Shown here piece by piece: positions 42,875 to 57,100 of a stretch of DNA of 64,000 nt. Made by a program: the position numbers and the translations under genes. Source of the stretch: Bugula neritina (lineage: Eukaryota; Animalia; Bryozoa); NCBI GenBank assembly GCA_964035545.1, contig OZ037767.1, positions 4,356,707 through 4,420,706 of the forward strand, read 5' to 3'. The stretch's first letter is position 1. Every line of letters begins with the position of its first letter. Under the pieces are notes generated by a model. That model saw only the letters and a program-made list of their open reading frames with translations, made no database searches and was not told where the DNA came from.

Positions 42875-45588
42875 TCAATAGTCGTATTCATCGGGAGCTA
42901 GAGATGAGACATGTGCCACTGACACGTCCTCTTCATCCGTCTCATCAAAGTATGCCTCTTCAGCATCTCTACCCTCCTGCACCAGGTCATCATATTTACA
43001 GTTACCATCTACAGAGCTAAAAAGAAACACCACATATCTCTAAAGCACAATTTACTAAATATAAAAGCTGCAGATTTTATGACAACATTTCAAGATCATT
43101 GACGTATTGTTTTAGAAGGTTGCATCATTTTCAGATTTTTGAGACGGTAACTTAATTCTACTCACTTTTTCGTCTCAATTAAAATTGTTGGTTATTGTGC
43201 TATGTAAACTTAGCGCAATGTGCAAATAGAGAAGGGTTTAACAGGTATAGTTCACCTATAATCAAACTCTTGATCTTGCCCTGCCAGAAACCGCTCTTGC
43301 ATGACGTGTAGAAATTCTTCTCTCAAAGCCATTCTTTCATCAGCAGAAATACCTAACAGAAGAGAAACTAAATATAGATTGAGAACAAAAAACTGAATTG
43401 CAATGAAATAATATAAAATGTGGAGTGTTCAATGGTTGTTATCAAGTTGATCAAAAATGCATTTTCACAATTACAGTTCTATATTTAAAAACAACAAAAA
43501 CAGAAATATATTGAAAATACAGCATTGCAAATAAGTAGAGGAATAAAATTAAGTTATAGACACACAGTTTCATTGAATCTACAAAGGTGAGAATTTGAAC
43601 AAAGAATAATGACAACTTATAGTCCACATTAGTACTTACCACTATTTTCTACGTCTGCGGGTGTGCATTCCTCGTCACTTTCGCTGTCCTCTTCCTCTAG
43701 TTGACTCTCTTCTCTGGAAAGCTGCCGTGTGTATAGCTCGTCATTACCTAGTGATGAAGTCAATATGAGACATAAAGTTCTTGCATCATTCAGTCTATAG
43801 TTCTGGGTAGCTTAACAACTTAATAATTCAATTTAATAATTTCCCTAAGAAATCAGCACACCAAGTTTAAAACCTGTTATAGGAACTCCCACCTCTCCTT
43901 CCAAGCATAGTTATGGGCTCAGGTTATAGGAGATACTTTAGTAAGTCATCATTATCAGTGGACACAACTGTGGTTTGTATATTAATTTTCACAGATCATT
44001 ATTGAAAAAACTGATAAAAAATCATGAAACATACACAATTTTTCGTTACTTTTAAATGTAAAATAGCAAATTTGCAAATTTGCAAATTAATTTTCTTCAC
44101 CTATATACTCATGTAATGAAACTGGGAAAAAAAGGAAGTGTTGTCTCATTGATTGTCAAAGTATTGCAATATAGCTAGAAAAAAATATTGAAGCAAATGG
44201 GTTGCAAAACTATTTTCAAAAGTAATTTCGAAAGTTTCAAAAAATAATAACAAAAAGCTATGAAGTATAATGCAAAAAGAAAGACATGTGGCATTTGCTT
44301 GGGCATCAAAATATTGAAAGCTGAAGTTTGAAACGAAAGAATATAATACAATTAAAATCATGCAACACCTTCTACTCCTAGGACCTAGGCAAATAAATGA
44401 CACTAAGCCAACTTCAAATGCGAATATTTAACAATGCAGCAAGAACATAATTTATGAAACGAGTATAAAAGACCAACCTACCTCGAGAGTCCATTTGTTC
44501 AAGCAACATTGTAGAAAATCCGGTGTGCTGCCTCAAAAGGTTATCAGATTGAGTCTTGATGTCATCGTCTGTGAGATGTCGGCCAACCATCTGCAAAGAT
44601 GGTGAATTTATTACAACCACGAAGTAAATGTTGAAATACAAAGACAATTGATTTGACTGCACGATACATGCCTTAGAAACTCAAATTGAGAAAAAGTGGC
44701 CATGATTAACAGAACCTGCTCATAAAGTAGTGGATCTCTATGTTTCATTTGCTCATCACTAAAATATTCACCGGCTGCCAGTAAACTTCTCATCGCCACG
44801 AATCTACGATTTTTCACTCTTTGACCTGCAGCCTTTAACTCTCTTTTCAAAATTTTCAGTTGATACATTAAATCTTTGTCTTCTACAATTTGAAACAAAA
44901 CTGCTAATACATAAACTGAAACACCTAATAAACTTATATGAGTTAAATAGGTAATTCATCTGTTAGATTATCGAAAAACAAATGTAAGATTCTTAAAAAA
45001 TGTTGATTTGAAATGCCAATTAAATGGCAAAGTGTGGAAATTTGAAAGGCATGGTGAAATATTACAAAGATACAAAAACTTACCAATCAATTTACATTTT
45101 AGAACACAGTAAACAATGTATATTGTATAGAATTTCTTTGGCTTTATTAGTAGGCTGAGCACAGCTGATTGATTACCTCTATCGCCAGATTCTATCCTAC
45201 ATGCCTACAGCTTACAACTTTCTGGTTCTATTTTCACTACTTATTAAAAAGCAATTCTGCTAAAAATTGAACAACTAAATCTACTAAAAGTAGCCTACAT
45301 AGATTTTTATTAGTAATTATATAATTGTCAATATGAATAATGCCACTTTGCATTACCTGCAAAATTTTTAGTAAAATAATTTATATGCTCCTCTTTTAAC
45401 TGAATGCCATATCTAGTTAGGAATGTTGCGGCAGATTGTTCTAAAACAGAACGTAAAAATATCGCTTTCTTTTCTAAAGAGAGATTTTCCGAATCACGTT
45501 GATGGTCACCAAAGTACGAATCTGTTTGAGCTAGATACGATATCATAGAGGAAATAATGTCTGGATCTTGACTAGTACATGCATCCAT
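42875..45588 (-). CDS. CCDC97: Coiled-coil domain-containing protein 97 (DUF2052)
   Basis: Exons 45357-45588 (..FLTRYG), 44716-44882 ([34 protein letters not shown]), 44482-44590 (MVGRHLT), 43640-43747 (acidic), 43256-43352 ([23 protein letters not shown]), 42875-43016 ([20 protein letters not shown]). Confidence 0.93.
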
Positions 45589-45829
45589 AGCATCGCGGTG
45601 CTCAACAGACCTGAAAAACAATCACACAAAAACTGCATTTGAAGGTATTTTTTATTTAGTTGACTACTCAACAGTTTTTGAAAGTATAAAATTAAATGAA
45701 AGATAATACTCATTAAATAGACTAATAGTAATAGTGTAGTAAAAAAACTTGCACTGCAGTCAACTATTAAGGAAGTTGTAAATTCACAATAAAATTTTTC
45801 ATTATATTTGGCTATGCTAGTCTAATGCT

Positions 45830-47220
45830 ATTGCTATTCACTATTCAGTATTCACTTTGACTTTCACTAGCAGTAGCTAGAGCTTTGAGTTTGCCTTTGG
45901 CGGTTTTTCTAATAAATCATAAAAATAATATTAAATTTAAAATTAATTATAATATTAATATAAAATTAAAAATAAATATATCAGATTTTTATTTTACTTT
46001 TACTGTTTTAGCCAATATCAATATCAATATGAATATCAATTACAATAGTGAATAACAATACGAAACGGAAATCACTGAAATGTCAGCAAAAGCATGAATA
46101 GTATTACTATTACTATTAGTAAAATTAAATCAACATTCAATTAAAAAGTTCAGTTTTGGCTTTGCAGAAAATAATAATTATTAATATCATAATCATTATC
46201 ATATTCATATTGATATTCATATTCTAATTCATTATCATCACACTCACAGTCACAGATACTGATAGTAAGACTGAACAGAGGCCATGCTGTTTTAATTTCA
46301 AATTGTAACCTTTTCTAACCTCAATTCATAGGCGTGGATAAGCATACTGTTCAACGAGTTCTAACCGAAAAACAGTGGGCGCGGATATCAATAACCCGAC
46401 AGAAACCATTGAAATAATAATATGGCTTGCCTTGGAAGTAAATATGCTATACACACAAATCTGAGTTTTTTATAAGCTTGTATCTATAGTTTTTAAGTTT
46501 ATGTATAATATGACAAAGTTGTAAATTATAAATTTTGAGATAATAGTATTGCGTTTTGCAAAGAGATTATTGACTTTTTATTGTGCAGATAATTTCAATG
46601 ATAATATACTCATACCAGCGAGTCTACAACAGTTCGTTTCTTCACCCTTCGCACTTTCATGACTATTCAAAGCTCTGTAATCAGTAGCCTGTAAGTTGCT
46701 TATCATTTTGTAAGAAGCAATGGTTTAAATTTCATTATTTTACAAACTCTTACAATTGTATGCCAGAACCTATTTTACTAATAAGACCCTTATGGGCATT
46801 CTGATACTGTGAAGTGTGACTCTAAGTCTGTGGGCGTGGCACTTTTTTTTTTTATTCTAACAAATAAGTATAACTATAAGTATAAGACATAGATGATAGA
46901 ATTTAAACATAAAAATTAACAGATGTGGTCGTAAAAAGTGTTTTTAGTAATGCTGTAATTTTTATGATTGTGTTAGTTCTGTGATGCATTACATACAACA
47001 TACAAATGTTGGAATAGTATCTGTATTGCAGTGTGATTATAAGTATAAGTATTACTAATATTTATATTAATAATGATAAATATAATAATAATACTAATAC
47101 TAATAGTAATAGTAATACTACTAATACTACTAGTAGTAGCATTCATATTCAATTCGATACTGATGCTTATTGTTATAGTGATGGCTGTACTCATAATAGA
47201 TAATAATGGTTTTAGCTTTA
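45830..47220. promoter_or_regulatory. Bidirectional promoter region CCDC97 / heparanase with flanking periodic AT-rich tracts
   Basis: Divergent genes whose first coding exons are preceded by acceptors (45611, 47582). CpG-containing core ~46320-46660, with periodic tracts at ~45830-46280 and ~46860-47220. Confidence 0.55.
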
Positions 47221-47594
47221 GTACGCTATACTCAATTTGTTTATAATTATTGTAATATAATTTGACCAGTTTCTGTTTAACTTTATAGTAATTTTTTGAT
47301 AACTTAAAAAGTTTAATCTTTGACAGTTAGAACAAAAGTAACATCATCTCTGTCACTTTATGTTATAGTAAAAACAAAATGTACAAACCAATTTTTCTCT
47401 ATCATTAATAATCAATAAGCTAGTATTTTTAGTGTGGAGCTACTGTAGCACATAGCTTGCCTCAGTCTAATATAGCACTTCTAGTATAGCACCTCTTGTG
47501 ACATAGTTGATTTTTTATATTTCCTGAATTAATGACTGTTTGAAATATAGTGCTTACCAAATTTTTATTTGTATAATTTTAGATTTCAAAACTG

Positions 47595-49869
47595 ATGATG
47601 ACTGCGGCAAGTAATGTTGTGTTCTCTTTAGTCTTAATCCTGCCACTTATAGCAGACAGTACAGCAGTACCTACACTAAACTATACAATTGAAATAAATA
47701 GAGAAAGATATTTGCATGAGGCTCGAAAGGATTTTCTTAGCATTGCACTTGATTGCTCTCTAATAAATTCTGAGTGGCAAACCTTTAACCCACTAAATAA
47801 AAATGTAATAGTGATGGCTAAAGCACTATCTCCAGCTATCTTGCGTCTTGGGGGAACGGCCTGTGACTATGTAATTTTCAATAACACTAACAATCAGCGT
47901 TCTTTGTATCATTTGAACACAATGTTGAAGAATGAAAGTTTAAAATCAATTCTTCATGCGAAAGACTGGGACAAACTAGTAGCTCTTTCTCGAATGGCTA
48001 ATTTGACTTTACTGTTTGATGCTAATGTAATGTTACGTGATCCTCAAGGAAACTGGGATCCAACAAATTTCATTAGCTTTTTAAAACACAATGAATACTA
48101 TAATGTGTCAAACTTGATGTTTGAGCTTGGCAATGAGCCAAACAACTACCCAGTACATTTTAATTTAACCATCTCTGCATCTCAGCTAGCTGCCGATTTT
48201 AAAACTCTGCGTGATGTCATTAGTCAGCACAGTTTTTTTAAAAAGAGCTTGATAGTGGGGGCAGATGTTGGCAACCCATACATACGAAATGGTAAGTAGG
48301 CTAGATATGATAGTTGTTAAATTGCAGTGTGTAATAGCACACATATATGACAAAGTGGTTCATTAAAGCCAAGTATGTTTGTTGAAACCTCATCACTCTT
48401 GAACATGTTGCAACAAGTTTTTTAATTTTAAATAGTTTGAGACATCGGCAATCTGTTGTGACAGCATTTGTTTTATTGACTTAGAACTACAGCTGGACCC
48501 AGCCACATATATACACGATTTCTTTGAAGATGCTCACTCTACTATTGATGCCCTCACGTGGCATCAATATTATCTCAAAGGCAGCACTGCAAAAGTTGCC
48601 GATTTTATCAATGCCACTGTTATGGAAACATTTAGAAAGCAGGTACAATTTCTATAAGTGTGTTTCATAATAAAGCTAAAACAATAGAATATTGATATTT
48701 AAGATTGATTTACATCTTATCAACTGTGTTACTTTTACATTAATTACAGTTTTATCTTTGTAACTTCAGGTCATCATTGTGAGTAAGATCATTCAAGATG
48801 TCTTGGGTGCCAATCAAACATTTCCTGTATGGATGGGCGAGACTTCTTCTGCGTACGACAGCGGCGCTAAGAACATTTCAAATCGTTATGTTGCCGGGTT
48901 TCTCTGGATGGACAAACTCGGTATATCTGCACAATACGGGTAAACATCCCCCTTTGAAAAATAAAATTGTTGAGTAGAGCTCATATCAATATGTTATGTA
49001 TATTTCTTGGTTTCGTTTTTATTGTAAAGACAACTCCCAATGTATAACTTTTCACATAATTTCCAGGTATGACATTGTGATTCGGCAAACACTTTATGGT
49101 GGCGCATACTCTTTGATTGACGAGAATATGCAACCACTTCCTGATTTCTGGCTTTCCTACCTTTTTAAGAAGTTAGTTGGCCGAAGATCGCTTGAGGTAT
49201 CCGTTACCCAAAACCCGGGAAGTATCAGAGTATATGCCAGCTGTTCCAGGTAGTGTCTCTCTCCCCCATGAGTGTGTATTATGACTAATTCTTGGGAGTT
49301 GTGGTAAACTGCAGAAAATTTGCCAACAGAATTTTTAAGATCATGAAACTACTTACACAATCAAAATCAAAACTATTCTCATCCAATTACTAGCTTTAAT
49401 TTATGTTAATCAAGCATGTTTTTGAGGTTTATCTAAAAACCTTCAATACTAGGGCTTTCGGAGGTTATAAATACAAAAAATATTTTTGTATTGTTTAACT
49501 ACAGTTTTTGGCTGTTATATGTAAAGTTGTAATTGCAAATATTAGTTTTACATTGAAACCTTGTCATTTGATAGAATTGAAGAAGGAGTCAAACCAGGTG
49601 CGGTTACTATCTACGCTATGAATCTGGACCCTACATCATCTGCTAGACTACAAGTTGCATTCAATTCTACTGGCACCATATACTTGCTGGAACCCACAGA
49701 CGGCACCCTTACTTCACCCTATGTTGATATTAACTCACAGACTATGAAGTTGACAAATGATAGTAAAATCCCCCCAATACCTCTCAAATCTCAGAATTAT
49801 TTTGAACTGAAGCCTCTAACATTTGGATTTTTTGTTCTGAATGAAGCCAAAGCTGTTGCTTGTATATAG
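47595..49869 (+). CDS. HPSE: Heparanase-like glycoside hydrolase family 79 endo-beta-glucuronidase, 5 coding exons
   Basis: Exons 47595-48291, 48485-48642, 48770-48939, 49067-49249, 49575-49869. Signal peptide, [24 protein letters not shown] (acid/base Glu), [20 protein letters not shown] (nucleophile Glu), [39 protein letters not shown]-terminal AKAVACI. Confidence 0.93.
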
Positions 49870-51100
49870 CTACAACTTTTCACTTAAATTTCAAAAAAAA
49901 GTAAGTCAAATGCCCGTTAGTGCAATCATTTGAACACGTTGAGTTACTACATAGAATAATTTCTGTTGAATTTTTAAAATATTTTAGCAAATCATGGAGA
50001 TTTTAGACAAATGTTGTTTAAAGAAATATTTTAATTAGTTTAACCAACTAATATCAAAGCCATGTTATATTAACAATCTAAGATGTGATTAAAATGTTAA
50101 AAAATTTTAGTTTTTTTCTGAAATTAAATTGGAACAAAATAAATTTAGTAGTTATACTATATTTTATATTTAATACAAATTTTAGTAGTTATAATATTAT
50201 ATTTTATATTTAATACAATTTATGTTTTCTACACAAAACACTGTTTTGATGATAAGATAGTTGATTTATTCTTTGTTCATTTATCTATTAAACATTTTGT
50301 AAAGGTTATTGGGAATTTTCCCCTCATTAATTTATTCACTGCTTTGCATAGCCATAATGATATATCTAAATTTTTTTCACGAGTTTCTTACATTTTTAGG
50401 CTTTGTAATTACTAATAAGTTGTCTTCTCTCGTGAAATATTGAGTCAAAATAAAACATGAGATTTGAAATACTGTAATGTATTATTGCAATATATTAGAT
50501 TCATATAATTTATCACTCTAGCAACTTAAATCTTGAATGTAAAAATATTTTGACTTTATTATATAATATAGACAAATGTAATATAATAGCTATAGAGCCA
50601 TATATAGATATAGTACCATCATACAGTGTATATTATGTAAGCAAAGTTACTAAAAAATATAATATTTACTTCACAAGTTCCATTATATAGAAAAAAATTG
50701 TAAGATAATAATTTCACTTGCTAGAATGATAAATGCTATATAATTGCTGAATCTGCTGATTATAAAAACCGTAATCATGCCTTGACTTTACATTTTATTA
50801 CACAAATAGTATGTTTTGTTTAACCATGGATAGCAGGTAAACAAAATAATACATATATCAAGCTAAATACATGTAAATGCATAAACGGAACAAGTCTATA
50901 AATTCAATGATTCAAATAAAAAGTTATGTCTGAACTTACAAACCAAATATTATACTAAGCTTATGAAAATGGCTAACTTAATTTTAAATGTGTACCTTAT
51001 GTATCTCTGTGTATAAATTAAATGTAAATTAGCATAGCATAATCTGACTGTGTACTGTAAAAATTTTGCAGGCGCAAAAGTTTCACCTACTCTAACGTAT

Positions 51101-54100
51101 TTAGACCTGCGTACTTCGAGCACTTCTAACAGTACCTCTGTCCATTGTTGCAGCCATAGATGGATGCGAGTAGGTGTCAATCTTGTCTATCGAATCAACA
51201 TTATTGTAAGATATATAGGTACCTGACCCAGGGTGTAGGTGATTATGACTGTAATACGTCGTAGGTATTCGTATTGGAACAGGTAGCGTGTGAACATCGT
51301 AAGATCTTACTGATCTTTGGGGTGTAACTATTTGGTCGGGAGTTGCTACCCCATTGTCTGTTGAATCGTTACTAATTCTACCGAGCAGACGTTCATCTAC
51401 AGTCAGTTGGTCGTCTGAATACATAGTCTGCTTATACTCATCGGGGTAAGAAATGGCGCCGTGCGTATGACACGATGAATTTTTTAATATTTGTGCAGCT
51501 ATTATTGAAAGAATCATAGCTAATCCAAAGAAGCCACAGTTATAAAAGGTCAGTTGAGTTGATATTCGAATGCTAGCGAGTCCACCCGTTACTTGAACAG
51601 TTTCAATGGCCACCTGCTCGTACATATTCGAACTAGTTGGATTTTCAAGAACTGCATTCAAAGCATCAACGTACTTGACCCAATAGATGCCGGTAAGCAA
51701 GGTCTGTATGATACAAGTGGCGTATATAAAAGCTAGAACTATGAAAGTGGCTCTCATTGGCTTGCATTTTCTATTCAGTTTACCAAAACAAAGTAACAGA
51801 ATTATCGAGAGTAGACTAAGCACTCCAGCTACACCAATGGCCACCAGAATCACTAGTTTAGTTGATGAATACTCAAACTTCTTAGCGAACTCTTGCTGGG
51901 TCTTATCCGGGAAATTCAAGTCCAACATCGTCTGGTTGAGAGATGTGAAGGTGAAAGATTGTTTGAAGCATTTACCGTGCTTGTCATACTTTAGGCTCAG
52001 TAGGGCAGGGTTCAAAGGTAGAGGTTTTGGGTCAAAGTCACATTCAGTTTCATCAGAAAAATCTTTGCATTGAAAGTTTGCATATTCTTTCTTCTCACAT
52101 CTAAATAAAGCATATATCATTATTTATCTGTATAAAATTATTACTCATCATGATTTGATAGAATTATTGTACACAAGTTGGTTTATTCAATATCTATAGA
52201 GCCATTCTTTTTCTGAAACTTCTGCATGTCTTGGAGTTTTAAACGTGTGTAATAAATCAAATTTATACTGTTTGGACATGTACAATTGGAAGTATGACTA
52301 AACAACAACTGATTTACAGTTCAATAATGTCTCCACACAATCTAGTTGCTATAGTAATCTATTTTAACAAACATATAATACTATCTTATATAACTATGTT
52401 TCTCAAATGCTTACACATAGGTAGACTCTATCAGTTGACCATCATTGCATTTTGAGTAGAACTCAGATGCTGGATCAGGACAGTCATATTCATCCGAGAG
52501 ATCAAAGCAGTCAGCTTTCGCATCACATCTTTCTCCGATGACACAAGATCCATCACCACATCTAAGATAATTTAAATAATTTTTGTAATATTTTTATCAT
52601 ATGTCTCAGCACTATAATCAAATGTCCATAACCATATATCTCACAGTTTTTCAATACTACAACCGTATTCTTTCAATGCTATTATTATACATCCCATAAT
52701 TTTTCAGATGATGAAATTGATATCTAGTAAAAAATCAAACTTCCTTTCACAACCATAATTTATTTTATTAAATACAAACACGTCAATACCATGAGCAGAT
52801 ATACAGTATTTGGAAAAGCGAGAGAGTATATCAGTTTCCAACCTGAGAAAGCCAGCTCTACCACAGCAGTTCTGCTCGTCCTCATACATGCCACAGTCAT
52901 TGATGCCGTTGCACACTCTGGCTTTAGGGATGCATATAGGCTTGTTGGCACTGCACTGTATCATACCTGGACCACAGGGCTGTTCTGGCTGGGGGCAGTT
53001 CAACTCATCGTGGCCAGTGGGACAGTCAATTGTACCATCACATTGCTACAACAGATTGTATGTCACATTAAACTACAACATTGTATATCGCATTGTTACA
53101 CTATCATACAATCACATTACTGATACATATTGTATGTTACATTGTAACAATATCATATAATCACATTGCTACAACATTATATATCACCTTGTTACAACAT
53201 TGTACATTACATTGTTACAATATTAGATGCTACATTGTTACAACACTGCATTAGATGTTATGCAGATTGCAATATGAAATTGCATAGCTGGATGTGACCC
53301 TAAATTGCTGCATTATACTTATAGACCTGCAATCACGTGTGAAGAGCTGTTGGATGCCAATAATTAATGTAGACTTGTTTCAGCTTAGGTTTACAATTTT
53401 TATTTTTGGTTACTTTGCTTCAAAGTTAGGACAATTTTTCATGCTAAACACTTGGTTAGAACAGGGGCTACTCAAAAAGCTGTAACTTATCACCTATAAC
53501 TCAGTTATCTCAGACTGGCCGTGCATAGTGCAGGCAAGTAGTGGGAATATGAATTCAATGCTAGCAATTCTACATTTAAAAGAAGCTGAAAATACTGCCA
53601 ATGTATGCAAACAACACTTGCCGCAATCTTTGACAAAAAATCATAAAGTTTTGTATAATTATTCACAGCTACAATTATCTGTGACAGGTTAATTAGACAA
53701 AAAGTAAAACATACAACTTAGAACTAACTCTGTTATTGGTGATGTATCTTAAACATACAATAGAAAATTAATTATTATGTCTACATGTATATTCAGCGTA
53801 TTTAATATGCTTTCTTTGGCATGTTCAAGCTATTAGTATTCAGCCATCAAATAAAATAATCATACAGCTTATAGTACTGACAGCTTGAGTGTCAAAATAA
53901 TTGGGGATGACTGAACATTTAAATTGTTACAAGCCATTTATGTTGGAATGTAGATCAATAATGACTGCAAGTACAATGAAAGACATCTTAATTTGCTCTT
54001 TTCTGGTGATATTACTACAACAGCTATTACCAATAGTGCAGGAGAAGATAATTACTAAGGTTAACAATATTGCTCAACTTTCATGCATTGAGTTTTCATT

Positions 54101-57100
54101 ACAGAAACTGGAATTTGTTCTCCTCAAAGTAAGTTCATGACTAGCTTTACTGTGCAAAGCTCATAATAGTACTTATAATAATCAAATGAAAATAAACAAT
54201 TTAAAATACTCTATATTATAGTTTTTATCACTATCAGGAGAATATGGTAGATTATTAATAATTTACTACATGTGCACACATCTTCTATATACTTTCAGTA
54301 AAATTATATTTTATGTTACAGCAAGACTGTCATTGTAATTGGAATATTAAAATAAGTTGTTGAACATAAAGCAACAGATATGCTGTATGTTATAGTTGAT
54401 CTATCAGCTGAATGACTATTTTTAAAGTTAATATGAGCAAAATGAAAAACATTGGGTTGAAGCTAGTGCAATGGCTGAATGTATATTATGCAAGTTGTTA
54501 ATAAAAGAATGGACATAAATTCTTCCACCATGCTACTAAGCCATGAAACATCAACCAAACCAACCAATGAGAATGAGTAAATTCTACTAACCTGGGCAGC
54601 CTTTATGCATCCATTTATTGGTTTCCTGTAGGAGAGGGCCCTCGGAGACTTAGGCTCAGATCCTCGGAGAGTTCTCATGGCCACTATGGGGCATTGGTAT
54701 TGTGCATAGGACGCCTTGCACACTGGCGCTACCCACGGTGTCTTGAACAGAGCTATCTTTGGACCTTGTACCGGTATTTTGCAATGAGACAAGAGGCCAT
54801 ATCTACAAGGTAGTAGAATTAAACAGTAAACATATTAGGAGTTGTCTGTACAACAATGTAACTTAAAAAGCAATGAAACTGGTTGAGCTGTAGTTAGGTC
54901 ATTGCTTTCTAGAGGTATTATAGCATTGACCTTTGGCAAAGGCAGCTTTCTTATTTCCTAAATTTACTGGAGCAGGAAACAGCCAGAATGCAATGAAACA
55001 GGTCACCTGCAGTGGCAATTCACTAATTAATACTCTTAACGGTAGTTATATAATTACAGCTTTAGGCTACAGACAGCAAACAACAATGGTGAAAATTCCA
55101 TCTATTCTGTTTGCTGTTGCAGCAGACAGTACCCTGGCAGACAACCTGTCTAGGCATGGTCATTGAGTTCATGACTCATCTCCTGGGAGTCTGTCCAGTT
55201 ACTACTCTGTCTTCATGTATTCATAAGTTATAAAGACAATGGCAACAAAGTTGTGTGAATTGTTTTTATAAACAACAATAAATTTAGTTTACTTTTTTAT
55301 AAATAATATATGTCTTCTAATTTTTATGCAGATTATAAAATCTAAATAAATTCAACTTTTTTTAGCAATATATTCTTATTTTTGACGCTTTTACAATAAA
55401 TATTTTTTGTAAAATGCATATAATGAATTATAAGTACCTGGAAGTCATAAATCTAACATCTTCTCCGCCATTGTCAATGTACTTGTACAAAGTGCCGTCA
55501 TCATTGGGTATAGTCTTGTTGAACATAACATAGTCCAAGTGTTTAGAGCCAAGACGAGGGTACTTGAGATCTAAGGTGGCATAGGGGTTGGTAGAGATCC
55601 CTGCCCAGTTATCCAGCCACAAAGATAAACCTCCCATGGCAACACCAGCCAACTGAAATAAAATATTTTTAGACATTAATGACTTTCATCATTTTACTTA
55701 AGACAGCAGTGTAATGGCCAATAAATATAAAAGAAAAATACTGTTGGCATTATTTCAAAAGGTAAGCTAATGTTTTTGGCAAAGCTCATAATGAAAATGT
55801 CACTTTTTTTCTTGCGTTGTTTGCAAACCAAATAAATCTCACTCAAAATTTCTGACTTCTCAAAAAAGATGGCACCATTTATTCAATCAATTGCCTACTT
55901 TTTATGTCAGCAGCCAGCCTTCGGAGACAAACTCTGCTGCCATAGAAACTAAACTTCAAACAAAAAAACTTAAAATGATAAGAGGCCTGGGCAGACAAAA
56001 ACTTAGTGAATTTTTTATTTAGGAGTTATCCTTACAATGTTGATACTATGCACCTGTGAACCATTCCTCACAGCTCTTCTCAATAGTGACAGAAATAATG
56101 ATTATCTTATCTAATCTGTTGGGATTAGGACTTACGGTTGTGAAGAGAAGTAGTACTACAATAGTACATATCTTGCTGCAGCAGTATCTACCATGGTGGT
56201 AGTAACAGTTGCTATAGCGACCAGACGACAGTCCGGTTTCTTTGAGACCCACAGGTGAGGGTATGGAGGTAGAGTGACTGGAGTCGTAGTCCATCCTACC
56301 TGAGGCCAGTGACATTGCTCTGAGAAGGGCAGGTGATGGCCCAGCTAGTCTCTTAGGTAGTCTGTAGTCTAAATAATATATTGGAGAATAAATTAATTAC
56401 CATAGAGTATAGACATAACATTATGCATGCAGTTGTTTACAACATTGTTTTGACATGATTTACACATGCATCTTGCTTGTGATTTAAAATCCTCAACTGA
56501 TTTCTTTGTTACAAACAATTATTGAATAGATAATAAAGTTGTACTGCACTTGACATGTTTTTAATAAATAAAAATAGGCATTTAGCATGCAAATTTTACA
56601 TCCTAAACTGGTTAGTCTATATCAATTCAGTGTTTCGGAATTAGTCAATGCCAACATTAGGTTGACATCAAAATCCTGATAAATCTAAATTCTATGGTTT
56701 TTAAAATCAATTTTTGCTAGTAATAAGTACTTAGCTTCATTATAGTTATTGCAATGTAGTAAAATTTAGTAGTTTTAAACTAATAATGTTAATAGGCTAT
56801 AGGATGACTTTAACAATGTATTAATTAACTCTAGACCAATTGGTTGCATTCAAACTGCTATAAAAATACACTCCAGGAAGCAAAAACTCTTTAACTCAAT
56901 TTATTTTTATTCATAGAGACAGTAAAACTGAGAAATTGATCTCCATGCCAGGACCCCCTGTATCACGTCAACAAGAAATTTGATTCAAAACTCAATGCGG
57001 TGAATAAGATGAACAATTTATTTAGTCTCAGGTTTCAAACCTGATAGCACTTTGAGATGTGGTTATTGTCGCCTAAAATTTAACAAGTATATATGTTACA

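Noticed and set aside
52704-52842. Extension of the LDLa exon (LETDILSRFSKYCISAH..) shown in the ORF track
   Set aside because: The donor at 52841-52842 gives the phase needed to complete LDLa3 (GFLR-CGDGSC); the extension is intronic.
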